This document shows positions 51,101 to 63,744 of a DNA stretch of 64,000 nt, one piece after another. Each line of letters opens with the position of its first letter. Within the stretch, counting starts at the first letter, position 1. Origin of the DNA: Okamejei kenojei (lineage: Eukaryota). The notes under the pieces were generated by a model. The model had not been told where the DNA came from and searched no databases. It was given only the letters and a program-made list of their open reading frames with translations. Position numbers and translations under genes: made by a program. The stretch spans positions 17,484,001-17,548,000 of the forward strand of contig CM069163.1 of NCBI GenBank assembly GCA_035221665.1, given 5' to 3'.

Positions 51101-51326
51101 CATGTTATCCCTGCACTAGCCAAAGCTTTTCCTTTGTGGTAGCGGTGACATCATTTCTAGCCAATAGCTCCCCTTCTCGATGACATCCACAGCAAAAAAA
51201 AAAGAGCCGGCTGAGAGAGAGAATCCTTAACACCAGCAGTGCCAGAATTTAACATCTCGCTCTCCCTGTCTCTGGAATATGGTGGCTTCGCCTTCCTCGC
51301 TTCCTAGACATTCCCAGTGTCTAGTC

Positions 51327-51389
51327 GTCTTCTTCTTTCGTGTGGCGTGCACAGCCTAAAGTTGTAGGACAACTTGTTCTATTTGATAT
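51327..51389 (-). mobile_element. 63-bp 3' end of a LINE with a (GAA)n-like tail (RTE-like)
   Basis: Flanked by a TGTCTAGTC direct repeat (51318-51326/51390-51398). tcttcttc terminus. Confidence 0.5.
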
Positions 51390-51398
51390 TGTCTAGTC

Positions 51399-51955
51399 CA
51401 GTCTGAAGAAGGGCTTCGGCCAGAAACGTTGCCTATTTCCTTCGCCTCATAGATGCTGCTGCACCCGCTGAGTTGCTCCAGCATTTTTGTCTACCTTCTA
51501 GTTCAAAGTACCCTTCCCCACACCTGCCCTAGCCCCCACCCCCGCATGCCTGAAGGCAAATAGATAGTAGGTAGACAAAAGTGCTGGAGAAACTCAGCGG
51601 GTGAGGCAGCATCTATGGAGTGAAAGAAATAGGCGACGAAATAGAAACGTTGCCTATTTCCTTCGCTCCATAGATGCCGCCTCACCCGCTCAGTTTCTCC
51701 GGCACTTTCGATTTTCCAGCATCTGCAGTTCCTTCTTAAACGCCAAATAGATAGTGCTGTAGGAAGGAACTACAGATGCTGGTTTACACCGAAGATAGAC
51801 GCAAAATGCTGGAGTAGACACAGCGGGCCAGGCAGCATCTCTGGAGAAAAAGGGTCTCTGAAGTGTCTGAAGAAGGGTCTTGACCCGAAACGTCACCTAT
51901 TCATTTTCTCCAGAGATGCTGCCTGACCCTCTGAGTCACTCTGACATTTTGAGCC
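51399..51955. mobile_element. Cluster of three short PLE-derived elements
   Basis: Cores at 51403 and 51867. Fold-back units at 51569-51743 and about 51758-51950, bounded by three copies of CAAATAGATA. Confidence 0.8.
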
Positions 51956-52019
51956 AAATAGATAATGTTTGAGAGATATTTGGATGCAGAAGGCACCATT
52001 ACCAAATCCAATTTATACT

Positions 52020-52420
52020 TGGAGTCATACAGCACAGAAACAGGCCCTTCAGCTCAACTTGTTCATGACTATCAAGATGCCACATCCAAACTGGTTTGTC
52101 ATTTTAACAGCATGAGTTTTGGCCCTTGTCCCTTTAAACCTTTCCTATCCACGTACATGTCCAAATGTCGTTCAACAGTTGTAATTGCACTTGCCTCAAC
52201 TACTCCCTCTGACAGCTTGGTCAATATACCCACCACTCTGTGTTGAAAAAAGTTGCCCCTCAGGTTCCTATAAATCTTTCCCTCTCACCTTAAACCTAAG
52301 ATCCCTGGTTCTTGATTCCCCTAACCTCTCTCCTCCCCCCATGATTTTATACACCTCAGCCCCTAGCGCTCCAAGGAATAAAGTCCTAGCCTGCCCAACC
52401 TCTCCATGCAGCTCAGGACC
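52020..52420 (-). mobile_element. CR1 3' fragment (older family)
   Basis: gagtcatacagcacagaaacaggcccttc...aaacctttcctatcc pattern. Confidence 0.75.
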
Positions 52421-52899
52421 TTGCGTAGTGAATAGTCACTGCTACATGGGGTTAACCTGGGGTGAACTGAAGGCTTGGAAGCGAATTACTTAACAGTTCA
52501 TCTTGGTTCGGTTGAGTTTGTGATTATTACCTTGAAGACAATCCAGGATTTGATCTTCCAGTTGAAGATGACGTGACTGGTTTTGTGACTGTTTTTCATG
52601 CTGGTGCAGTGGGGTGTCGGTCTGTGTGCTCCCATTCGCTGCTGAGCTGTGACGTCTGTGCTGAAGGATTAATTGCTCCTGCACCAGGGTTGCAGATTTA
52701 TGAAGAAATTATTTGCTGTCCATTACTGGCAAATTCAGCATCCTGTATACTATCAATGTTGTTCATCGTTTCGTCCACTTTTCCATTTTCCAGCTCAGAG
52801 CACTTGAGAATTTGCGATGGGAAGCTGTGTAGATATCAGGCATCCACTACAGGTGACGTCTGTATATCAGTGAGTGGCTCAGTGGTCTCAGCAGGGACG

Positions 52900-52926
52900 G
52901 TGTGTGTGTGTGTGTGTGTGTGTGTG
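52900..52926. repeat. (GT)n microsatellite
   Basis: Directly visible. Confidence 0.95.
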
Positions 52927-53939
52927 AGGACAGTCCCTGCACAGACCTCTGAGAGGAAAAGGTTGTGTTTAAGCTCAAATACAAGTTGCGCTTGGTAGCA
53001 GAGACCAGTTTGTCCTGTTGCTCATCTCCCTCCCCCCCCCCCCCCCCACGTTTTCACCAGTGCACTCTGGACATACACAACAGAAGCTCCAATGTGGCCG
53101 TTCCTTTGTTTCTTTCTCCTTTGTTGCAAATCCTACAGGATTTCATTCTTTTCCAGGGTGTAGCACTTTCATCTTGTTTGTCGATACTAATCCATTGCAG
53201 AGATTTGAATACATAATATAGACTGGTGATGAACAACCTTTCTGAGGGGAGGGGCAGATTTTACTGTGCAAACCACCTCTGAGGGCCAACCACAAGAATC
53301 TCATTTTGTTTTAATTGTGTATAGCTAGACGGATATTTTTAGAAATATTTATACACTAACTAGTGCCGTGGCACCATCTCCTCATTGCTCCACTCGCTCC
53401 TACTCTGCTGTTTTCTCTAGTCATTGCTCCTTCATCCCGCCGCCTCATGTGCGCGGAGACATAAAGTCCAAGCCTACCCAACCTCTCCCCAAAGCTCAGG
53501 CTCCACTGGCGAACTGACACTGCTGCAGGGATAAACCGAGAATGAGTTGCAGACTGGAAATTAATTGCCTCACAGTTCAGTTTGGTTTGGTTTAAAGCCA
53601 TGGCTGAGTTTGTGATTGTTACCTTGAAAACATGTTTTGTCTTCTTGCTGCCCAGTTCCTGCCCCCTAGCATTCAGGAGCTGCATCCAGGGACACGGATC
53701 TGGGCTCAGGAATGCCATAAGGACATAGAATGTGGGAACAATGGACCCATCCAGTGGACAGATTGTGGATTATATGCCATCCATTTTTCCCTATGGATTC
53801 AGGTTGACACTTCAGTGCAGTTCTGAGGGTGTGCAGCAGCGTCAGTCCTTCAGATGAGAAACTAAACCAAGATAGTCATCAAAGACATAATCATCCTTTA
53901 AGAAGATGACCTGGGTAATCCTGAGTGTTTTAGTTTTCA

Positions 53940-54208
53940 GAGATACAGCGTGGAAACAGGCCCTTCGGATCACCAAGGCCAACCATCGATCACCCATACA
54001 CTAGTTCTATGTTATCCCACTTTCGCATCCTACACACTAGGGCCAATTAGCCCACAAACCTGCACGTCATTGGAATGTGGAAGAAAACCGGGGCACCTGG
54101 AGAAAGCCCATGCAGTCACAGGGAGAACTTACAAACTCCACACAGACAGCACCCATAGTCAAGATCGAACTCGGGGTGTCTGTGAGGCATCAACTCTATT
54201 GCTGCGTA
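53940..54208 (-). mobile_element. V-SINE (HE1-like) inserted in a Deu-type SINE
   Basis: Reverse V-domain ggaatgtggaagaaaaccgggg...acaaactccacacagacagcacc. Confidence 0.8.
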
Positions 54209-57200
54209 CATTCCAGCCAATGTTTGTCTCTTCACCAACATTAATTAAAACAACTGGTTTGTCATTATCACATTCACGTTTGTGGGAAAATTTGGCAAAT
54301 TTCCTTCTTTACAATGTAATAATGTGTAGAGGTTGTAAAATATATTATATGCATCCAAATCGTTATTTGAATAAAGCCAAAGGTTTCCCACGGTTTATTT
54401 CTCTCAAATCATATTTCTACTGAGCTGTTGGAAATGGCAGCATGCCAGTTCAGCGCTAAACATAGCTGTCTTTTCTTCTCACTATAAAACAACTCCAATT
54501 GGAATTCCTCAGGGAGCAAGAGGCTGGTCTCTGTAGTAAAAGGTAACAGGATCCAGCCTCTGACCCCATTAACTGTTCCATCTCAGGACAGTTAAGGTCA
54601 GCAGCAGCGTCAGAAAGGTCATAACTGGAAAACCAGGTTTGTCTGCTATTTCCCAGTTACAGTTTAGGTCAATATTAATCTGTTCAGGGTCCAGAGAACC
54701 ACACTGTGTGATGTGTAAAGGCTGTTTGTATTGGTTCGAATAGGTCATAACCTTAATTTCAACTACAAGTGACTGAGGAAAGCCAAACAGAATAATCTCT
54801 ATCAGAAATGAATTTCTGTGGTGATTATTCTGGGCTCTGCAAATTTCCCCCATTGAATTGTGCTTGCAAACCTTTTTAATCATGGAATGTAGCGCGCAGT
54901 GGCACAACCAAGACTTACCTTCAGAGTGGAATTCTCAGCTTTATAATGAGGAGCCATATTATTAACACAATGTTTATCATGTTGCATTATAATTGGCAGC
55001 CTTATTATCAGAGATGGGTGCATCAGACTGGTATAGTCAGAACTGCTGTCACAATGGTGTTATAACTGGGAGCCTCATCAGCATGGGTGTGGCAGGCATT
55101 GTAAAAACTGAGTGCCTCATCACCGATGCAATGTAGCGTAATATTACCGGGAATTCTGCAGTAGATGTGAACACTGGTCCATTAGACCGCCAATAGGATA
55201 AAGTTTCATTATGTAGTTCAGGGTGTTGTTGAATAGATACTTACTTTTCATTATCTGAGCTACACGGGAAATATACACAGACTAGAGACGTCAATGTGGC
55301 TCTTGCCTTTTCTAAAAACATGACCTTTGCCAATCTTGCTCATTCATTAATTCATCATTCAGACGGGCACCTTTTGTGCTAGTGTTTGGATAGTGAATAT
55401 CATCTGGAGATGAGGTATGTCCAACAGAAACCAATGTCATCCAATATCATCCATTCGTACTATCATGAGCAAGACCCTGGATTGCAGTCTACCAAGCTGG
55501 AATCCTACCATTTCCTTCAACCTCTCCTTCTCTCTGCTTTTGTTATACCAGGGCAGCTGTGACTAACTGAAACTATAATTTTCTCCCCGGTGGAATCTTC
55601 CTAAGTTGGAATAGACCAATAATGGAATCTGGGATCTTTTTGCACCAAGGAGGGGAATAATCTGTAGCATTCTGATGTTTCTGTAATTTCACTTAATGTC
55701 TGAGTGAAATAGTATAAATCCTGGTAATTGCCTCAATTTGGAAGCTATAGCTTTTATAGGCAAAGAATATTCCTAATTTAATATGTTGGAATTTGTTTAT
55801 TATTATTATGAGTACCGAGCTAAAGTGAAAAACCTTGTCCTACCTGCGATTCTGTCAAAACATACCATGCATGAGTACAATCGAGCCATACACAAGTACT
55901 TGGAAAAGAGATTTAAAAGAGTAGAAGGATTGTAACGGATGATAATAGATCCTCTGCTGGGAACAGCAGGCAAACGGTCGCCACACTCCTGCGCTTTGTA
56001 GAATAGAGGGAAAAGTAATTTTTACTGACATAATCCTCAAAATGATCAGACAACTGAGTTCTCATGGTTTAGATTTTCTAAAGAATCTGGTGATCCTCAT
56101 CTATCAGTTCCTTGGAGGATACAGACAATAATTGACTGACTGGGCATTCTTTACAAACATCAACTCTTTTTTGATAAAAGCAGACATCATTTCTGGTTTA
56201 GCACAACCGGTTGAATATTCATTAGTTCATATTGTACCAAAGTGATGTATTGAATCACACTTGGTAAATTACATTCCAAAGCCACTTCAACATATTTTAT
56301 AGACTGCAGTTGATTGTGAGATTATTATGGTAATTGCATTATCCTCCTTCATTCTTAACCTGAACTCTGGCAATTTCAGATGGATGGAAATTATTCTCTC
56401 AAATCATGGGATGTGATACGAGTTCATGGCTGAATATCATTAATATTCTAAATGGTGGAACTTGGTTGTGGGACGGATGATCAGTGAATTACCACTTAGG
56501 ACACGCTGAAGTTAGATCCTGAATGAGCAAACCTTGTGATTAATCCAGAAAACGCAAAATGCTATTCTGAGTTTAATGGGCACTTCATGCATTATTGAAA
56601 AGGCAGAAAGCACTGTTGGAGTCCAGCAGAGTTTAGGCATAAGAAATGTAAGCTGCTTACATTTCAGTAAGTGACTCACCATCGATGCATCAAAAACACT
56701 TCCCGTAAAATGTGTTCACAACCAGCAGTGCTATTATGCAGATTCTATTAACAGGTTATTGATTTTACACTGTTTCTGTAGGCAGTTCACTGGAACAGAA
56801 GGGATAAATATCCATAGGTGAAATTAACTACAAATGTCAGGAAGGCTTTGGTACAACAGCCCCCACCCCCCCCGGTTCCTGTTGGTGTCCCTGCTCCCCA
56901 CTATCTCAACTGTACCCCAATCCCTGTCCCCCTATTGGCCTGCTCCCCATCTAAGCTATTCTCTGCAAGAAATGTGTTCAACTGTGGCAGCATCTTTCTC
57001 CTCCACACCAGTTTGCATGGGTGACTGTCTGATCCCCATGTTCATGCTACTTCCTGTATTCTACTTGGTCTACTCCACCTTCATGCTGCCCTTTACTCTT
57101 GCTCCTCGACTATATGCTCATGGTGTTCCAGCTCCCTCTGTGTATTTTCAAGCTTGCTAATCCCATGTCTTCTTGCTGCCTGCCCCCCTGGCTGCTACTC

Positions 57201-60200
57201 TTACTACCGATGACCCCATGTTATCTTTGTACCCCCTCCCTCCCTCCCCACCCCCACCATGTTGGTCCCTGCTCCATGCTCTTGATGTTTCCAACATTTC
57301 TTACTCCAAACCCCAGCCTGTATTTTTGTTCCCCACCATCCCACGTCCTTGCTTCCCACTGCAAGGATTCTTTGTGCCTCTCCAGAGTTGAAGCTCTGCT
57401 CTAAGTCAGTGGAAAAGCTGAGTTAAAATAACAGACTAGTAGGAGGCAGGTTCTACAAGGTTCAAAATTGATAATTTTCTCAGTTGATAATTTTCTAGCA
57501 GATTAATGTAACATCTCACATCTACCCACACTAAAATCTGAGTTGCAGGGGGCTCCTTACTTTTCAGCACTTCATGAGGAAATGTTTAGTGGGAGCGGTG
57601 GGTTGGGGCTGGTGGATGGGGATTAACAGTGCAGTTATGTAATGGATAGGGAGAAGTGGTTTGCCAGGGACAGATAAATGGATGGCCAGGGACATTGGGG
57701 ACACACCCAACCACCCTGTCACACAAGCCAGGCGTTGGCAGTGTGGATTCCTCAAAGGTTGTACATCAGCCACTTCAGATCACAAACATAATGGAAACAA
57801 ATCAAATGGGACTAGTTTAGATGGGGCATCTTTGTCGGCATGGACGAGTTGGGCCAAAGGGTCTGTTCCTGTGCTGTCTGACTTTAAGTCATCCTTGGCC
57901 TTCCTAGGAAGGTCGGGCAATGGTGCGAATAGATGGTGGGGGAATCTCCTGTTGTAGATGTATCCCTGATTTGGTTTACCTCCATGTTTAGTCACTGTGA
58001 GGCTCATGCACTGAGAAGCAATGGAATTGGTGAGAGGATGGAAATTTGATATGAAACACCCCTCGCGTTTGATTTGTTTGCAGCCTGCTCCAGGCGGCAC
58101 AGCGTCCCATGTGCTACACAGTGTCAGATGCAACACCATCTTTAACGCTGTAGTTTAAAGTATAGACGTGATAAAAGTGTAATTACACCTGAGAAACCAA
58201 AGGCTTCCTGCAGCTTTCGAATACCAAGCCTGTTCCTTAATAAAATATGCTGACGGGGTGGGCTTGCCCCCTCGCTCTGTGCACAGGGGCTGGTAGGGGC
58301 AACATGTAAACGCTGTAAATCACCATGGTCCCAATGCTTCACTGCAACCTCCTGCTGCAGTCGCCAGTCTTACATTGTATGTATTTTCATAGACAAGTAT
58401 ACTCAGACACACCCACATCGGCACAAGCATATAGATAAACACACACATATAAACTCATTCTAATCTGCATAACACTCCTGCTGAAGCGTAGAACATAAAT
58501 GAGAGAAAGTCCTGCTTGGTAATTCAACGACTGTCGCTGCTCAACCATTTTACTTCATTCCGATTCATTATAGTTAGGCATTGGAGCCCCCCCCCCCGCC
58601 TCTTCTCATTCTGTATCTCAGCCGCGGTGGGGAGGAGCAGGTGAGCTGTGTGCAGGGGGTGAGATGGGGAAAGCGCCCATGTGAAAGCTCGCAGTCAAAC
58701 GCATTGTGAGTAGCTGCAGCCGAACTAGACATTACCTCATCTCCCTGTAGCCTCACGGGCACCAAGCACCGGGGGAAGGGGAGGGGAGGGAGGGAGCCGC
58801 ATCAATCCAGCCTACCAGGTGCCCGAGTGCTAATACAAACGCATCTCAATCAATCGACATGATTAATATTTCGATCAGCAGCCAACACAATAATATACCT
58901 TTTGCGGCATTTAACGCTCAATTTTCCCGTAATTTATGTTCAGTATGTGTAAAAAAAAAAATGCACAGCCATAAATGTAAAATGTAAATAAGCTGCTATA
59001 AATAAAAAACGAAGGACTTCACACATTTAAAACAAACCGATGCTGATATTACTAATCTCCTGCTGCTCTGGGGCCGGGGCTGGTTTTCTTTGGCCCATCC
59101 CTCCTCTCCCCTGGATTTGCACAGCTAGCTTTCTTCCTACTTTGTCCCCAGTTCACCCTCAACCAAATTACTAAAATGGTTATCATCTTACTGATTTACG
59201 GTGTGCAAATTCAGTTCCTCCACATTATAATAAAGATTACCCTTGAGAATTATGTTGTTGGCTGTCAGGGACATGAGGGTCCTCTTGAAAGGCACCATTC
59301 AAATAAAAGTTTGTCCTTTCCACAGACGCCACCCAACACGCTCGCAATTCATGGAATAAATGGGACTCTAATTAGGGAATAACATTCCACTATACCCTTA
59401 ACTACAGGCTCGAGTCCCACCTCCCATACGTTCCCATAAACTATGAATTAGAGCTGTGTGTGTACACTATATGGTAATGAATGCTGAACTGCAATGGCAC
59501 ATCATTAAGCAGGGCATGTAATTATCAGCATTGTGTTCTCTTATTTAGTCTTGCCCCTGATTGTGAAGAGCAAGGAGAGGGGCAAGCTGATAAACAATTA
59601 ATTAGAGTTTACAATTAAAAGCGCCAGGAATATTAAAACTGCTCAAATAATGTTACCGGGGAGGCAGCAAGATATCATCAGTCAGAGATCATTAAATGTT
59701 AATCATTTCAAAGCAGGACAGATCAAAAAAGATGGGTGAAGGTTTTGCAGCAGAAAGCTGACGCTTCTGTCCTGCTGAACAGTCCAGTCTCGTGTGCATG
59801 ACACATCTGATGATTCAAAGATGACACAAAGCTGGGTGACAGTGTGTGTAGTCAGGATGATGTACAGAGGCCCCAGGGGTGTTGGGAAGGTAAGTGAAAG
59901 GGCAAGGCCATGGCAGAAAATGTGAATGCATCCTTGTTGATATCAATAAATAAAAGATATATAAAATATATTTGTTGTGAGAGATTGAAAGATTGGTGTT
60001 CAGAGTCTGAAGAAGGGTCCCAACCTGAAACATCGTCTGCCCCTTCACTGCACAGATGCTGCCCGACCCACTGTGTTCCTCCAACAGTTTGTTATTTTTG
60101 CTCAGGTGTTCAGAGGCACCTGGGTGTCTATGCCCATGAAAGATGACTTGTTGATATGGAAGGCAAGCAGGGAGGCAAATGGTATATTATGTACAGTACT

Positions 60201-60359
60201 GGTCTCCCTAGAGGAAGCGCTGCAATAACTCACCAGATTGATACTTGGGACGAGGGTGGAAGTTTGTTCTATTAGGAGAGATCTAGTAGACTAGGCCTAC
60301 ACTCTCTCGCTTAAAAGAGTGAGGGATAAATATAAAACATTATGACATGGCTTGACAGG

Positions 60360-60950
60360 GTAGAGTCATTGAACTATACACTACGGAAATAAGACCTTTG
60401 AGTCAACTTGTCCACATGCTGACCAAGTTGCGAAACCAAGGTAGTCCCACTTGCTTGCTCCTGACCCATATCCCTCCAAATGTTTCCTTACCATGTACCT
60501 TCCAAATGTCTTTAAATATTGTAATTCTACCACTTCCTCTGGCAGCTCGTTGCATTATATCTATCGCCCTCGGTGTGAAAAAGTTGCCCCCAGTTCTTGA
60601 TAAATCTTTCCCTGCGCACTTTAAACTCATGTCCCCAGGTTCACGATTCCCACTGGATACAAGACTGTGGTTATTCGCCTTATCTAAGCCCCTCGTGATT
60701 TTCTATAGCTCTATCAGGTTACGCAGCAGCTTCCTATACTATGAGAGAAAAAGACACAGTCTATTTAGCCTCTCCTCATAACTCCAGACCTAATAACATC
60801 CTTGTATCTTTGTTGCACATTTGCCAGTTTCATAACAGCCTTCCATTAACAGGGCAACCAGATCTATACAAAGCATTCCAAAATCCTAACTCCTGTACCC
60901 AGTGATTCCAACAATGAAGGCAAGTGTGCAAATACTCTTCACCACCCTGT
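60360..60950 (-). mobile_element. CR1 3' fragment (older family)
   Basis: Same family pattern as 52020-52420. GNFFTPRAIDI-like translation. Confidence 0.7.
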
Positions 60951-62380
60951 CTACGGGTCTTCACTTGTGTGGAACGATGATATTGTGGCATCCAGCCACA
61001 CACAATGTAAACAGCTGAGATCTTGTGACATTGGGACACAGGTGATACCAGGCATCATTTTATTGTTCGAAATCCATGCTTATAGTATTGACTTCATTCA
61101 AGCTGGCCTTACACAGCTGGCTGCCTGACAAAGGTAAGGCTGCTGGGAAGATTAATTTTTAGAGAAGAGTGACAATAATCGCCCTGATGGCACGCAACCA
61201 CGTTGCATCTCTAATGTAATAAAACATCCTTGAAGGAACATAATCAGGTAAAATACCGTGCTAGTGGGCAATGACCAAGAACTTGGGCAAAGAGGTATCT
61301 TGTAATTTACTTCTTAAATGAGGAAAGAAAGCTGAAACGTTGAGAAAGGGAATCTTAGGGTGAAACCTGAGCTTTGTTGGAGTGTTCTAGGACATGGCTT
61401 TGCACAAGAGATTAATGTTGGAGAAATGCGATCACGGAGAGCTGGAGAAAGTTACACTGTTAAAGTGAAGGCAATCAGAGTGGAAAGAAAGGTCTCGACC
61501 CAAAACCTCGCCTATCCATGTTCTCCAGAGATGCTGCCTGACTTGCCGAATTACTCCAGCACTTTGTGTCCTTTTGTGTATTAACCAGCATCTGCAGTTC
61601 TTTGTTTCTAAATCTGAGGTGATGTGTATATGTGATGGGAATTTAAAAACTCAGGTGAGTGCTTGCTTTCAATCCTATGTTTTATAATATATAAAGTCTA
61701 ATTCCAGAGTTGAACTAAAACACAAAATACTGGAATTACTCAGTGGGTCTACCAGCATCTACAAGATAGATTTATAGGTTTTTTTCTGCGCCTGCAGCGT
61801 TTTGTTTTTGCGATTTCCTTGCGGATTTATTTAGTTCTTGATCTGTTTTGGGCACGGAAACAATGATGTATATATTGGAGGGTTAGTGTTACTGATCTAA
61901 CGTGTTTTTAAACAATTTTTCCCATCCCATTCCTTTATTTGCTCCCATCCTGTCTTAAAAGCACCAATTTGGGCAGAGCTAGGCTGTAAGAAGTGCTCAC
62001 GGGAATGAACTAGGCTAACTGTCCTTTCCAGGAATCACTACTCTGCCTTAGTTTTGATGTGTCTAGCACACCTTGTAGCCTTAATGTTTCTTTCAGTTCC
62101 ATTTCCACACCCACCCTCCTCTCATTTTGTCTTTTCTCCTGTTCTGCCCATTTGCTCATGTATGTCTGGCCTCTTTTTGTCTTATTCTCTGTCTTACAGT
62201 CGTGTAACTAGCCTTTCTCAATTTGTGCAACGTCCTTCTACACACCATCCCTCTCTCTTTGTCTTCCTGTCCTTAGAACCGGCAGTTTAAACCTTACATT
62301 GTACCAGTACCCCTGGGAATCTCGAAGAGCAGAGTAAAAATATAATATGACATCACCAGCTGACCTGCATCCGCACCGCG

Positions 62381-62404
62381 GTGTGTGTGTGTGTGTGTGT
62401 GTGT
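62381..62404. repeat. (GT)n microsatellite
   Basis: Directly visible. Confidence 0.95.
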
Positions 62405-63157
62405 ATTTGCAGTCGCAATAGCCAAACACATCAAATTAGCACAAAGGAATCAAAAGCAATTTCACACAGACAAACCCTCCAGGGCTGGCTAGTAAATTAG
62501 GAGCAAACAGAATGAGTTTGGAAAAAAAACTATCACCATGATCATGAGCACTGGCGGGGCTAATTATAAGAATATTTTAACTTTCATGTTATATGAATTG
62601 ACTGCTAAACCTCAGTCACATATATAGCAAGGCCACTGCTCCCTCATATACCACACTCACATATTACTGCTCACTACACCACACTCATTCTGTGGAGTAC
62701 GCCCCTCATCACACTGTCCAATGCAACATGCCTCCATTTACACCCTAACCTCCAGCTATATTTAAAAAGCCGCTTGAAACTCCTCTTCATGCTGACAAGC
62801 ACAGATGCAATATAGTCTGTGGCAAATTCAGATGAGATAATTGAAACAAAATGGCCATGGGACACACTTTGAAGTATTTTTCCCCCACAAAAGACAGTGA
62901 CGTATCAAATTTTCCAAAGTGCAAGACAACATGTTACACGGGGGAGTTTTATTTGGGACACATTCTTAGTTATTTGTGACGCCTCATGTTAAAACGTATG
63001 ACAGATACTGGAACATATTCACCTCTCTGCCTTATTGCACCTTGATATATGGGCACTATTTAAGGGCACTAAATAAATGCTGAATAATACCATGTGATTT
63101 GTTGTCTCCTGAGTAATATTTAAAGCATGTTCCTTTATTCCCAAATGCAGGAACATA

Positions 63158-63315
63158 TAACTGCAGATACTGATTTAAACCAAATATAGACATAAAGTAC
63201 TGGAGGAACTCAGCGGGCCAGTCCGAACAAGGGTCACGACCCGAAACATCACCTATCCTTTTCCTCCAGAGATGCTGCCAGACCCACTGAGTTACTCCAG
63301 CTCTTTGTGTCTATC
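63158..63315. mobile_element. Short fold-back PLE-derived element
   Basis: Same arms as the other copies. Degenerate core CCGAACAAGGGTCACGACCCGAAACATC at about 63223. Confidence 0.7.
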
Positions 63316-63744
63316 TCTCTTTTATTTCTAAGTTGTCTCTTCTGAGTTGCTTAGAGCATTGTTCCAATGATTAATCTTCAAATCCTGGAGACATCAGGAT
63401 ATTCTGTCAACGATTGGCAACCTAACATCTGTGATAGTCAGGCATTGCGAAGGATGGAAAGATAGTGGAGTGGTTTAGTGTGGTTCTGTTGTTGGTGTTT
63501 TACCGTGTCTAGTGAGGCTTTCATGAAGTGCAATATAGCTCTGCATTAAAGCAGTTCGGGGAACATCAATTTGCCTGTATGGAATTCAGAATTCACTTCC
63601 AAAATTATTTACCTTTGTTTTCGTATATTATGGTCACATTTACCGAGATATGGTGAAAAACTGCTTCAGGTGGTACCCAGCCAAGTCACGTTATGAGTAC
63701 AATCATATGGATGTAAACAAGTGGAACAATTGTCGTTGTCAATT

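Noticed and set aside
53950-54423. 157-aa ORF (and the 158-aa ORF at 18808-19284)
   Set aside because: Both are read through V-SINE/CR1 sequence, and the same pseudo-peptide recurs at each SINE copy.
56074-56139. FSKES... as the next SH2D3C exon (expected FSKEKY...)
   Set aside because: No AG immediately before the TTT codon, similarity stops after 4 residues, and there is an in-frame stop. The real exon is presumably downstream of the window.
7342-63315. Recurrent palindromic repeats as a CRISPR array or DNA-transposon MITEs
   Set aside because: The repeats are dispersed, not regularly spaced, there are no cas genes, and the context is eukaryotic. The arms match the PLE 3' tail, and TSDs are long and variable.
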